DNA of 64,000 bases, taken from IMG/VR virus record IMGVR_UViG_3300027736_000041, positions 8,075 through 72,074 of that record; one strand, given 5' to 3'. Both the position numbers and the translations under genes were made by a program. The notes beneath the pieces are model-generated. The model saw only the letters and a list, made by a program, of their open reading frames with translations. It had not been told where the DNA came from and did no database searches. The DNA is from a virus. Of this stretch, positions 1 to 8,592 are shown in pieces; within the stretch, counting starts at the first letter, position 1; each line of letters begins with the position of its first letter.

Positions 1-1
1 T

Positions 2-406
2 CGTTGGATACCAGCAGAAGGCAGGACTGGCTTTCTGAATGGCAACAGGGTTATTGAGGAGCCCAATCCATTCGGTCGTTTGATTAGGTCACTCTTCAGC
101 AAAAATCTGTCACTTCAGATTGATGAAGAGCCAAACATGCTTAACACCCCTGATGAGGTTTATGACGCAATCATGACGAAATTCTTCAAAGAGAAGAGTT
201 ACGAATTAAAAAAATCCGGTATCAAGATCAGTATTGCATTGTTCGTGATCGACAACAGTGGCGATCATCCAGCGTCATGCGGCTGGATCATACTGGTTCC
301 GAATGGAACACCCGGACGTATGACTTCTCGTGAGACATGGATTGTAAATAGCGACATCCGACTTGAAGATCATCAGTCTTCCGTGGATGCTCTTGACATT
401 CCCTAG
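2..406 (+). CDS. hypothetical protein, 5'-partial (frame open from window start)
   Basis: Frame of the 80..406 ORF has no stop back to position 2; ends at TAG 406. Confidence 0.6.
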   Translation, partial: RWIPAEGRTGFLNGNRVIEEPNPFGRLIRSLFSKNLSLQIDEEPNMLNTPDEVYDAIMTKFFKEKSYELKKSGIKISIALFVIDNSGDHPASCGWIILVPNGTPGRMTSRETWIVNSDIRLEDHQSSVDALDIP

Positions 407-421
407 TGCATGCTGTATCGT
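393..421 (+). promoter_or_regulatory. sigma70-type promoter
   Basis: TTGACA (393-398), 17-bp spacer, TATCGT (416-421), upstream of the ORF at 482. Confidence 0.6.
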
Positions 422-481
422 TCCCTTGTGAGGCAATCAGTCGATGATTGGCCAGTCACCTACACTACAAGGAGGCAAGTG

Positions 482-925
482 ATGCCCAATTTTCAGAAGG
501 CAAAGATTGCTGATTCATCCGAATCGGTTGATCTGACGCCATATCTCAAGTTCCTTGAGACGATAGAGATCGGCTACAAGGTACAGGTTCCTCTTGAGAA
601 GGGGGAAACCACTCGCAAGACCATGCGTCTCTTTAATCGGGCAGCCAAGAAGATTGGCAAGCGATTGGGTCGGGTCTCATCGGATAGTTCCACCGCAGCG
701 TTCCGGGTTCTTCCCTTGGAGAAGCGTTCATCCAACATCACTGAGGATGCGCGTCGTGCGCGTGTTGAGAAGGCCAAGGCCACTCGGGATGCGCGACGTG
801 CCACTATCTCGACTGTTGCTTCAGTTTCTGCTGTTGTTGACATGAAGGATGATCGGTACGCATCCGACAAGAACAATCCTCATATTGCTGAGGCGATTGC
901 TGCTATCGAGGCGCTGGAGCGCTAA
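482..925 (+). CDS. small basic hypothetical protein, possibly nucleic-acid binding
   Basis: Strong RBS AAGGAGG (469-475) before ATG 482, so start moved from 410; K/R-rich. Confidence 0.7.
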   Translation: MPNFQKAKIADSSESVDLTPYLKFLETIEIGYKVQVPLEKGETTRKTMRLFNRAAKKIGKRLGRVSSDSSTAAFRVLPLEKRSSNITEDARRARVEKAKATRDARRATISTVASVSAVVDMKDDRYASDKNNPHIAEAIAAIEALER

Positions 926-1010
926 GAGACCTTCTGCCGTACTAGTTTAAGTTCTTAGGCTTCTAGTTCTTTTTTAATAGTTTTTATACTGTTATAAAGG
1001 GGCTAGAAGC

Positions 1011-1256
1011 ATGAGATTACATGATGATCCTTCAATCATTGAATTAGTTGCATCAGTCATTGCTTTAATGGCAGTTGGTGCAATTATTTGGTCAGCAACA
1101 TGGGATCAGTCTGCTGCGGCGCAGACAGCATTGACGGGCCTTGTCGGGGCTGCTGCTAGCTTTTTCTTGACTCCCAAGGGCACCAATGGCTATGGAAACG
1201 GATCGTCCAAGGAATTGCCGAAAAAAGCAGAGCCTCCTTCTGCATCTCCCTTGTGA
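1011..1256 (+). CDS. small two-TM membrane protein, holin-like
   Basis: Two hydrophobic helices (IIELVASVIALMAVGAIIW; ALTGLVGAAASFFL) and a charged C-terminal tail. Confidence 0.5.
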   Translation: MRLHDDPSIIELVASVIALMAVGAIIWSATWDQSAAAQTALTGLVGAAASFFLTPKGTNGYGNGSSKELPKKAEPPSASPL

Positions 1257-1270
1257 TGCACACAAGTCTT

Positions 1271-1356
1271 GCCGGAATGATGAAATGGCAGACATACCTG
1301 ACTTAAAATCAGGAGGCGGCTAATCCGCCGTGTGGGTTCGACTCCCACTTCCGGTA
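1271..1356 (+). tRNA. trnL: tRNA-Leu (anticodon UAA)
   Basis: Acceptor GCCGGAA/TTCCGGT, D-loop TGGCA, anticodon arm CCTGA-CTTAAAA-TCAGG, long variable arm GGCGG-CTAAT-CCGCC, T-arm GTGGG-TTCGACT-CCCAC, discriminator A; followed by CCG, so CCA not fully encoded. Confidence 0.95.
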
Positions 1357-1376
1357 CCGTGGGAGGCAATCTGTTG

Positions 1377-1405
1377 TTGACATGGCACTCGTTGCCGTGT
1401 ATGCT
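1377..1405 (+). promoter_or_regulatory. sigma70-type promoter
   Basis: TTGACA (1377-1382), 17 bp, TATGCT (1400-1405). Confidence 0.7.
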
Positions 1406-1410
1406 TAGGA

Positions 1411-1502
1411 TGACTCAGGAAACAGAGAGAGTATTTTTGCTTACTGTTTGCTGGTCAGAGGTCTCTGAGAAGTTGCCTCCCCTCAGAGACCTCACTTTTT
1501 TT
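1411..1502 (+). ncRNA. candidate ~90-nt two-hairpin small RNA or attenuated leader
   Basis: Lies between a promoter and an intrinsic terminator. Hairpin 1 at 1411-1457 (TGAC/GTCA, CAG/CTG, AAACAG/CTGTTT). Hairpin 2 is a perfect 12-bp stem GAGGTCTCTGAG/CTCAGAGACCTC followed by a T-run. Confidence 0.5.
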
Positions 1503-1517
1503 CTGGAGAAAATAGTC

Positions 1518-2606
1518 GTGGAAAATAGAGTCGGGCACGTGATTCAATCACAACACCAATTATCCAGCAGTGGTACCGGACAATTACCAGTACCGCGCGA
1601 GTTTGATTCGTACCAGCATGTGCGTCCTACCCTAAACATGGTGGTTGCTCCCGAGACTAGTGCCCCACGAGTGAAGATTACTCCTGCATTCATTTCGAAG
1701 ACTTTGTCGCAGAAGCATCCGACACTTACTAGGCAGATGATTGTTTCAATGATCGCCATGGGTTTGCAGAAATGGCAAGATCATGAACCAGTTTTCACAA
1801 TGATCGATACCGCCACGGTAATGTTGCGGTTGACTTCTGGTGAATATGGCGTCATCATTGAGATTGCCGATCTGCATTTTGGAGGCAATGTTCCATTGGC
1901 CATTGGTTGGCTCGCCAAGATTGGCGAGGAGATGATGCAATCCATGAACCAGCCAGTGCGGATTGTTGAACCAGAGGAAGTGCCTGAGGTAATTCCCGTC
2001 AAGGTTCTCGCTGATAATTGGCGAGTTGCCGATCCGGATTACATTTCAGTGATGGAGGCGTCACAGCGCCTAAAAGTTACTCCTGAGACAATTCGCAAGC
2101 GTTGCCGAGCCAATATCTATGTCTCCAAGACGATTTTGACTCCGCACGGACCCACTTGGTTGATTCATCGGGGTTCGATAAATAATCCTGTTGCCAAGAG
2201 AGAGCAGAGTGGGCGTTCTTCGCTCGAAACTGCAGCCGTGTTGACTTCTGACAGATGTTTGGATTTCTTGGAGGTTGCCATTCCTAGCGTCAAGTTGGGA
2301 TGGAAAACAGAAGAGAATCAGGTTTTCTTGAAAAAGATGGATGCCTATTACAGTACAGATCGATTGAAGCGCATGCGTATTGCTCTTGGGCTTACGCAGC
2401 CAGACGCATCATGGGCCATAGGACGAACTCGCGATTACATACTTCGGATGGAAGATCACGGCACTCGGGCATCATCAATTGGTCATCGTCTCATGATTGC
2501 CGCTCTTTACGGTGAGATGGCCATCGAGCGCAATGTTGAACTGGAGTGGTTGGATGGAGCGCCCATTAGAAGACTTCAAGATGGGAATTACGCGCATGAG
2601 CAATGA
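1518..2606 (+). CDS. DNA-binding regulator with two HTH domains (excisionase/MerR-like and XRE-like)
   Basis: YISVMEASQRLKVTPETIRKRC and LKRMRIALGLTQPDASWAIGRTRDYILRME motifs. Start moved to GTG 1518 (RBS GGAG) because 1332 lies inside the tRNA. Confidence 0.65.
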   Translation: MENRVGHVIQSQHQLSSSGTGQLPVPREFDSYQHVRPTLNMVVAPETSAPRVKITPAFISKTLSQKHPTLTRQMIVSMIAMGLQKWQDHEPVFTMIDTATVMLRLTSGEYGVIIEIADLHFGGNVPLAIGWLAKIGEEMMQSMNQPVRIVEPEEVPEVIPVKVLADNWRVADPDYISVMEASQRLKVTPETIRKRCRANIYVSKTILTPHGPTWLIHRGSINNPVAKREQSGRSSLETAAVLTSDRCLDFLEVAIPSVKLGWKTEENQVFLKKMDAYYSTDRLKRMRIALGLTQPDASWAIGRTRDYILRMEDHGTRASSIGHRLMIAALYGEMAIERNVELEWLDGAPIRRLQDGNYAHEQ

Positions 2607-2901
2607 ATTGAGCAACGTGTACTCGTTGAGACGTAACGGAGACGTTACAGTTTTTTCAAGTCGAGATGAATTCGAGGCATTTGTCTTCATGCACGTTCGT
2701 GCAATGGATCGAGATCATGATAAACTGTTCACGGATCACGAGACGAGTTCAACAGAAGTAATTCTCAAGAACGTCAAAGCGTGTTGCAACCGATATCCAT
2801 ATATCGTTATTGCAGTCTCTGGATTGTCTCGTGAAGTGTTGGTAAGCATTGTCCAGACGGCGTTTTACTCGCTGGCCAATGATGGCATAGGAGAAAAATG
2901 A
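2596..2901 (+). CDS. hypothetical protein
   Basis: ATG 2596 overlaps the previous gene end and the stop overlaps the next start, as in an operon. Confidence 0.55.
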   Translation: MSNELSNVYSLRRNGDVTVFSSRDEFEAFVFMHVRAMDRDHDKLFTDHETSSTEVILKNVKACCNRYPYIVIAVSGLSREVLVSIVQTAFYSLANDGIGEK

Positions 2902-3509
2902 TGGGCGGCAGTTCATACGGAAATCGTTCTCAGGGTTCTGGACGCGATGTTGGACCGTTGTATGGTGACTTGCTTGAGGACATTCGGGCAGCAGGAATGA
3001 TCGAGACAGTAACAAGCATCGAAGTTGCCCCTATTGCTGCCAATGAATATCTCTGTGTTGTTCGTGCTGAGTGCATCATGCCGCCGTTGGGAGAGAATCG
3101 TCCGCCACGGCGTTTTGTTGGATTAGGCGCAGCTTATCCCAAAAAGGCTGGAGCCAATGTCATACATGGCGTCAGCAATCCCGTCTATTTCATTCACACT
3201 GCGGAGAGTCGGGCCAAAAAGCGAGCATGGCAGGATGCGCTCGGACGTGGCGATGGTTTGGAAGAAGATGTGCGCGGACAAATCATGGATGAGCGGTCGC
3301 GAGTATCCGCACAGACAGTAGTTGCTGCACCTCCCGCGGTTCCTGCCGGACCATCAAATCCTGACGGCATTGTTACTGAAGAGATTGCGCAGCGTATTGC
3401 TCGCAATTCCAACAATGAAGTAGCTGTTGAAGATGCTCGACAGTACACTCGCGCTCAAGCAGCTCAGTTCTTTCGTGCATGGAACGAGCGAAATAGCACT
3501 TCACAATAA
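2898..3509 (+). CDS. Rad52/Sak-like single-strand annealing-family protein (putative)
   Basis: Pattern CVVRAE...FVGLGAA...HTAESRAKKRAWQDALG resembles the Rad52-like fold; RBS AGGAG. Confidence 0.5.
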   Translation: MMGGSSYGNRSQGSGRDVGPLYGDLLEDIRAAGMIETVTSIEVAPIAANEYLCVVRAECIMPPLGENRPPRRFVGLGAAYPKKAGANVIHGVSNPVYFIHTAESRAKKRAWQDALGRGDGLEEDVRGQIMDERSRVSAQTVVAAPPAVPAGPSNPDGIVTEEIAQRIARNSNNEVAVEDARQYTRAQAAQFFRAWNERNSTSQ

Positions 3510-3518
3510 TCGTAAGGC

Positions 3519-3548
3519 TTGACAATATCGTTCCAATAGGTATATGAT
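3519..3548 (+). promoter_or_regulatory. sigma70-type promoter
   Basis: TTGACA (3519-3524), 18 bp, TATGAT (3543-3548). Confidence 0.55.
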
Positions 3549-3590
3549 TATATCTGTGTAGCGATACAGGTCGAAAGCATCCGCTTTAAA

Positions 3591-3655
3591 GGGCCGCCAT
3601 CGCTTTCTTTGACATGATAAAAATGTCAAGGGAAGAGTTGGCGGTCTTTTTGTTT
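3591..3655 (+). terminator. long hairpin intrinsic terminator
   Basis: GGGCCGCCA/TGGCGGTCT outer stem, TTGACAT/ATGTCAA inner stem, followed by TTTTGTTT. Confidence 0.6.
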
Positions 3656-3669
3656 GTATGATAAGAGTT

Positions 3670-4680
3670 ATGAGTACAACGATTGAATCACTAAAAGAAC
3701 ATCGTAAATCGTTAGTCGCAGATGGTATTAATGCCACCTTTGAGGTACCTCTGCGATTTACGAAGTCTTTCGTAGGCGAATATACAAACATCAATGGCGA
3801 AAAAAAGACCGGAAGAATTATTGAGGGCATTGCCTCTACGGAAGCAGAGGACCAGCAAGGCGAGATTGTTCTTCAGGAAAAAATGGATTGTTCGTATCTG
3901 CTAGAGAAAGGTTACCTGAATTGGAACCATAGTCATGCCCCTGAAGATCAGATCGGCAAGCCACTTGAAGTCATCAAAATGGAAGGTGGACCGGAGACGC
4001 CAAATCAGCGTGCCTGCACGTTTTTTCGTGCCTTGTTGCTAGAAGGAGTACCTCGTGCAGAGGCCGTCTGGAACTTGGCGAAGTCCCTAGAAGACTCCCG
4101 AGGAATGGGCAATGAGCGTTCATTAGGATTTTCGGTTGAAGGAGGTGTGCGACTCAGACAGGGAAATATTCTCGTGGAGACAGTCGTGCGTCACATGGCT
4201 GCCACACATGAACCTGTCAATGCACAGAGTATTGCGCGATGTGTAATGGCAAAAAGTCAAGGATTTAAAGTTCCTGACAGTGTGCTTATTGACACCATGG
4301 ATTCAAACATGCCTCACTTTATATTTAACTCTTACTCGCAAATGGTAAAATCCATTGTTCCGGCCATGGACAAAACCATGTCAGTTGGAGATGCAGGTGC
4401 AGGAGGACTGCTACTGGAAAACCTGCATGGCATATCAGATCGAGATGGATTGCGCAAAAATGAAGGTGATGAATTAAGCCCTCAAATGATATTAAATGAA
4501 CTTTATAATCCTTGCACAGACGGTAGAGAGTGTGTGAAAAACGATAAGTTCATTGGTGGTCATCACGGTGCGCTTGATCATCTGGTGCATTGCCGGGGAA
4601 TGTCTCCGTCAAAAGCTTCAGATGCAATGGTAATCGTCATTCATGATTTGCGTAATCAAAAGAAAAAGCGCGGAAATTAA
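3670..4680 (+). CDS. prohead (capsid maturation) protease, HK97/U35-like
   Basis: IEGIASTEAEDQQGE, YLNWNH and LGFSVEG catalytic His/Ser motifs; lies before scaffold and capsid genes. Confidence 0.85.
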   Translation: MSTTIESLKEHRKSLVADGINATFEVPLRFTKSFVGEYTNINGEKKTGRIIEGIASTEAEDQQGEIVLQEKMDCSYLLEKGYLNWNHSHAPEDQIGKPLEVIKMEGGPETPNQRACTFFRALLLEGVPRAEAVWNLAKSLEDSRGMGNERSLGFSVEGGVRLRQGNILVETVVRHMAATHEPVNAQSIARCVMAKSQGFKVPDSVLIDTMDSNMPHFIFNSYSQMVKSIVPAMDKTMSVGDAGAGGLLLENLHGISDRDGLRKNEGDELSPQMILNELYNPCTDGRECVKNDKFIGGHHGALDHLVHCRGMSPSKASDAMVIVIHDLRNQKKKRGN

Positions 4681-4694
4681 GGAGGAGATAAGAA

Positions 4695-6419
4695 ATGGCT
4701 GTCGCAAACAACGAAATGGCGGATGCCCGTCAGCGCCTGAGCAAGACGCTAGAGGACAACAGCATTTCCGACGCACTGTCCGTACTGGACAAGGCTGTTG
4801 GAGGGCTGATCGATCTGGCGAAAGGCAAGATGGCAACTGAGGGTTTGAATGGCGATCAACTGAACAGCCCGTATGGGTCTGGGCCGGGTGGCGGTGCCTC
4901 CAGTCCCTTTGGTTCTATTGATGCAAGTATGGTCTTGAAGGCCGCTGAGGATATTCTGAGTAACGAGAACACAAAGAATAATCCCAAGATGAAGCGGAAC
5001 AAGATCGAGGGCGGTCCCGGCAAGGGTCGTCAGCCCGATTTCAAAGGTTATGACGCCGGAAACACCAGCAAGTTCTTCAAGGCTGGTCAGATGGACGACG
5101 ACATGGACATGAGCAAGGCTGAAGATGAGGAAGAGGAAGCGGATGATTACAACGATCCTAATGATCCTCGTAATCGTGACTTGGCTCGTGGGTTTGATGA
5201 GCAAGGAGAAGGCGACATGGGTATGGACAAGAATTGGTCTTGGCAGAAGGCCGAAGAAAGCGAAGATGACGAAGACGGTCAGGATGACGATGCCGTAGCC
5301 CCTCAGCGTCGTTCGAAGCGTTCGAAGCGCTCGGCAGATGACGATGATCGTCCATATGACCAAGAGAACACGTTGTATGGTGAAGCAAAGTCATGGCGCA
5401 AGGCTGCGGACGATGACGATGCTGACGATGACGATGACGATGCTGACGATGACGATGCTCCCCCTGTTCGCAGGTCCAAGGCATCGAAGCGTTCTTCTGC
5501 GCGGTCTTCTGCACGTTCTGAGGATGCCGAAGAGAATGAAGATGGGCCATCGGGAAATCTTCCCCCATGGTTGCAGCGCAAGGGTTTCGGCGATCAGGAC
5601 AATGCGGGTGGTCCTCCGTGGCAGCAGAGCGCACAAGACGATGATCAAGGCGACGACGATGATGCTCCCCCTGCTCGCAGGTCCAAGTCGTCGAAGCGTT
5701 CTTCTGCGCGGTCTTCTGCACGTTCTGAGGATGCCGAAGAAGATGCCATGAAGAGTGATGGCGCGTATGGTGATGAGGGATACATGGCTCGTTCGTTCCG
5801 TCGTGGCGATATTCACAAGTCGCTGGTCTCGGGACGCAATGGCGAGCGTGTTGCCGAAGTTGTCGAGGCGTCTCGCGAACTTGCGACGATGGTCAATGTT
5901 TTCGGATCGTATCTGGAGCAGTTGTCCAAGCAGGTCGATCAGGTTCGACGTGATCAATACAACACAGCCACGGTGCTTGCTGATGCAGTGAACACTGTTG
6001 TGAAGTCGCAGGCTGCGCTGGCACTGGGCCTTGAGCGCATGGCCAAGTCTGCAACAGTTCTGGCCGAGCAAGGCGTTGATCCCATGTCGAAGAGCATGGG
6101 TGACAGTCGTCCTAATCCGGGGGTTGTGATGAACGGTCGTGTGCTTACCGAAGGGGCTGCACTGCGTCGTTCGAATGCAATGGTAGACGAGACCGGACAT
6201 GCTTTGGTGACAAGTGGCACGGTTGAGTCGAAGTTGACTAAGTCCCTGATGGGATCGATCATTCAGCAATCGGTCATTGACGGAGAGTTCTCCGCCAAGG
6301 AAGCGTTACGCTGGCTGACCGAAACAGATAGTCCCGCCAGTGGGCCGGTCGCGGTATTCCGGCAACTTCCCTCGAAGTTACAGGAACGTATTTCCCGTAA
6401 GGTCGAGGAAGAAAACTAA
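4695..6419 (+). CDS. acidic low-complexity scaffold / internal head protein
   Basis: Between protease and MCP; strong RBS; D/E-rich disordered centre, coiled-coil C-terminal part, many K-A/K-S motifs. Confidence 0.65.
   Translation: MAVANNEMADARQRLSKTLEDNSISDALSVLDKAVGGLIDLAKGKMATEGLNGDQLNSPYGSGPGGGASSPFGSIDASMVLKAAEDILSNENTKNNPKMKRNKIEGGPGKGRQPDFKGYDAGNTSKFFKAGQMDDDMDMSKAEDEEEEADDYNDPNDPRNRDLARGFDEQGEGDMGMDKNWSWQKAEESEDDEDGQDDDAVAPQRRSKRSKRSADDDDRPYDQENTLYGEAKSWRKAADDDDADDDDDDADDDDAPPVRRSKASKRSSARSSARSEDAEENEDGPSGNLPPWLQRKGFGDQDNAGGPPWQQSAQDDDQGDDDDAPPARRSKSSKRSSARSSARSEDAEEDAMKSDGAYGDEGYMARSFRRGDIHKSLVSGRNGERVAEVVEASRELATMVNVFGSYLEQLSKQVDQVRRDQYNTATVLADAVNTVVKSQAALALGLERMAKSATVLAEQGVDPMSKSMGDSRPNPGVVMNGRVLTEGAALRRSNAMVDETGHALVTSGTVESKLTKSLMGSIIQQSVIDGEFSAKEALRWLTETDSPASGPVAVFRQLPSKLQERISRKVEEEN
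5445..5740 (+). repeat. 89-bp near-identical direct repeat (5445-5533 and 5652-5740)
   Basis: Both copies encode DDDDAPPxRRSKxSKRSSARSSARSEDAE. Confidence 0.9.
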
Positions 6420-6447
6420 GTAAAGCACTAGTAGGAGGAGAAAGAAA

Positions 6448-8049
6448 ATGGCTCTGTTAACAGATTTTCCCACAGGATACAAGAAGCCGGAAGCGCTCAA
6501 TAAGTCGTTCGACATGATTGTGCGGGACTGGTCACGTCAGCAGTTTGGCGGAGACTCGGTTGTCGAGGAAATTCGCAAGGCTCTGAACACTGGTGTTTAC
6601 AACCAGATCGCAGGCGTATCGGCAGCACCGGGTGAGGCTACAGCGCTTCGTCTGGAAAACCTTGACAACACGATGACCTCGGTTCTTGCAACCGCGGAGC
6701 ATCTCAAGATTTTCCGCTTTCTTCACAAGGAGCCGTCGAAGCAGCCATTCTATCAGTGGAACCGTCGTGAGTCTTATGGTTCCACCCGTGGGTTCTTCGG
6801 ATTTGCCGAAGGTGGACTCCCGCAGGGTGGCAAGGGCCAGTGGAGCCGTCAAGGGGCGTATGTCAAGTTTCTCGGAACGAAGGGTGGGGTTACTCATCCG
6901 GTTGTCCTGACGAATATCCTTGGCGGAATGTCGATGGACCCGGTCGCTGAGGATCAGCTTGGTCGTACCATGGACTTCATGCAGCGTATTGAAAGAGCCG
7001 TTCTGTACGGTGATGATGATATCCTTGATAATGGTGGTACCGATACGAACTATGACGGACTGTTGAAGTCCCTCACCCGGCAGCGGGCCAAGAATGTCAT
7101 TGACCTTGCTGGCAAACCCCTCAACCTCGATACGATTGCTGGCGCTGCGACCAAATTGGTCACCGAAGGCAAGTTGCTTTCGTTTCAAGACCTGACACTG
7201 TTCATGTCGCCGCAGAATATCGAAGACCTTGGCAAGTTGCGATACAACACCTACATTGGTTCTGGATCGATCACTGGGCCGGGTACCACGGTTGATCGTG
7301 CCGACCTGACCACAAGTGCCCGTAACAACCTCATTGCTGGTTTGTCGGTGGTTGGTCAGTCCACATCGTTTGGTGTCATTCCTTTCGAGTGGTCGATTTT
7401 CACAGAGCCGGTCGAGAGTGGCCTGCCTCTGAACCTCACGTCCAATCAGGCTGATACTGGCGCTCCAGCCGCTCCTTCAGCGACCTTTGGCGGATTAACA
7501 GCCATTCGTGCCTCGACCAATACGTCGGCTACGTCGAACTTCGCGGGTGGAGCGAAGAACTATTGGTACATGATTTCTTCAGTCAATGACGTTGGAGAGT
7601 CCCTTGGTACGGTGATGACTGGAGTGAAGTCCATCAACACCAATCAGGAAGCGTATCTGCAGTTCAGTCGCGTTACGGGATCGGGCCTCACTCAGGCTCG
7701 TGCCTATCGTATCTATCGCGTACAGAAGACTGCTGAGCCGACAGCGACTGATCCCGGATGGCGGTTCGTTGGCTATGTCGCCGACCCTAACAGCGGCAGC
7801 GGTGTTGATTTTATCGACCGCAATGGCACAAGCGAACTCTACAACAACTTCATGCCGGACACCAATGTTGCGCCATTGATTTGTCGCAATCCGGCCGATC
7901 TTGTTGTGGCACAGATGTCGCCACTGCTCAAGATGCCGCTCGCTCCTGTTAGCACGACGTTTGAGTATCTGCTTCTCCTGTATCACACCCTTGTTCTCAA
8001 GGCACCGGAGCGCCAGATTATCTTCAAGAACGTTGGTGCTTTAACATAA
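6448..8049 (+). CDS. major capsid protein (SPO1/Twort-like, with inserted Ig/FN3-like domain)
   Basis: KALNTG...ALRLENLD, FAEGGLP, IERAVLYGD, NYDGLLK, NVIDLAGKPL, LLKMPLA and LLYHTLVLKAP motifs; RBS AGGAGG. Confidence 0.9.
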   Translation: MALLTDFPTGYKKPEALNKSFDMIVRDWSRQQFGGDSVVEEIRKALNTGVYNQIAGVSAAPGEATALRLENLDNTMTSVLATAEHLKIFRFLHKEPSKQPFYQWNRRESYGSTRGFFGFAEGGLPQGGKGQWSRQGAYVKFLGTKGGVTHPVVLTNILGGMSMDPVAEDQLGRTMDFMQRIERAVLYGDDDILDNGGTDTNYDGLLKSLTRQRAKNVIDLAGKPLNLDTIAGAATKLVTEGKLLSFQDLTLFMSPQNIEDLGKLRYNTYIGSGSITGPGTTVDRADLTTSARNNLIAGLSVVGQSTSFGVIPFEWSIFTEPVESGLPLNLTSNQADTGAPAAPSATFGGLTAIRASTNTSATSNFAGGAKNYWYMISSVNDVGESLGTVMTGVKSINTNQEAYLQFSRVTGSGLTQARAYRIYRVQKTAEPTATDPGWRFVGYVADPNSGSGVDFIDRNGTSELYNNFMPDTNVAPLICRNPADLVVAQMSPLLKMPLAPVSTTFEYLLLLYHTLVLKAPERQIIFKNVGALT

Positions 8050-8076
8050 ACAATACGGTATAATTCATACCGGGCG

Positions 8077-8122
8077 AGACGCCGATGCCCCTCAGGAACG
8101 AGGCGCGTCGGCGTTTTTGTTT
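8077..8122 (+). terminator. intrinsic terminator after MCP
   Basis: AGACGCCGATGC/GCGTCGGCGTTT stem followed by TTGTTT. Confidence 0.75.
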
Positions 8123-8142
8123 AGAAAATCAAGGAGAATCAC

Positions 8143-8592
8143 ATGGGCAGAGGAAACGCAGTGGAGCGTGCAGCAAAAGCAAAGGAACGTCTTCAGGCTG
8201 TAGGAGAGGCTCAGGCAGAGATTGGCCGACAGGCTTTGGAGGCCATTGAAAAGGGCACTGATCCTGAATTGGCAGTTGCCTTGGCTACAGCAGCAGCCAA
8301 GGAATTTCCGGCCAACGAAGAAACAACAGTTGTTCTTGAGGAGCAGAAACTAACGGCAAGGGCCACACAAATCAATGCGGAACACAAGGCAAAACAAGAT
8401 GCAGAGCAACAGGTATCAATCCGTCTGATTGAGCGTGAGGATGTGAAGGCTCACTCGCTCATGGGATGCACGCTAGACGGAAAGCCCTTCAATATTCAGA
8501 TTAACGCACATGGTGTGGCAATTGTTTCTCGTTCAATTGCAGAGTATTTGCTCAAGGAATCATCCGATGTGTTCGAGGAAGTTGAGCAATAA
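8143..8592 (+). CDS. hypothetical virion-associated protein
   Basis: RBS AAGGAG; immediately downstream of MCP. Confidence 0.7.
   Translation: MGRGNAVERAAKAKERLQAVGEAQAEIGRQALEAIEKGTDPELAVALATAAAKEFPANEETTVVLEEQKLTARATQINAEHKAKQDAEQQVSIRLIEREDVKAHSLMGCTLDGKPFNIQINAHGVAIVSRSIAEYLLKESSDVFEEVEQ

Noticed and set aside
1271-1356. tRNA as prophage attachment site
   Set aside because: No integrase, duplicated tRNA 3' end or recognisable host genes in the window.
1332-1517. N-terminal extension of the 424-aa ORF
   Set aside because: Overlaps the tRNA, a promoter and a terminator; better start at GTG 1518.
3609-3629. TTGACA copies on both strands as promoters
   Set aside because: No -10 element at the proper spacing on either strand; better explained as a hairpin or operator palindrome.
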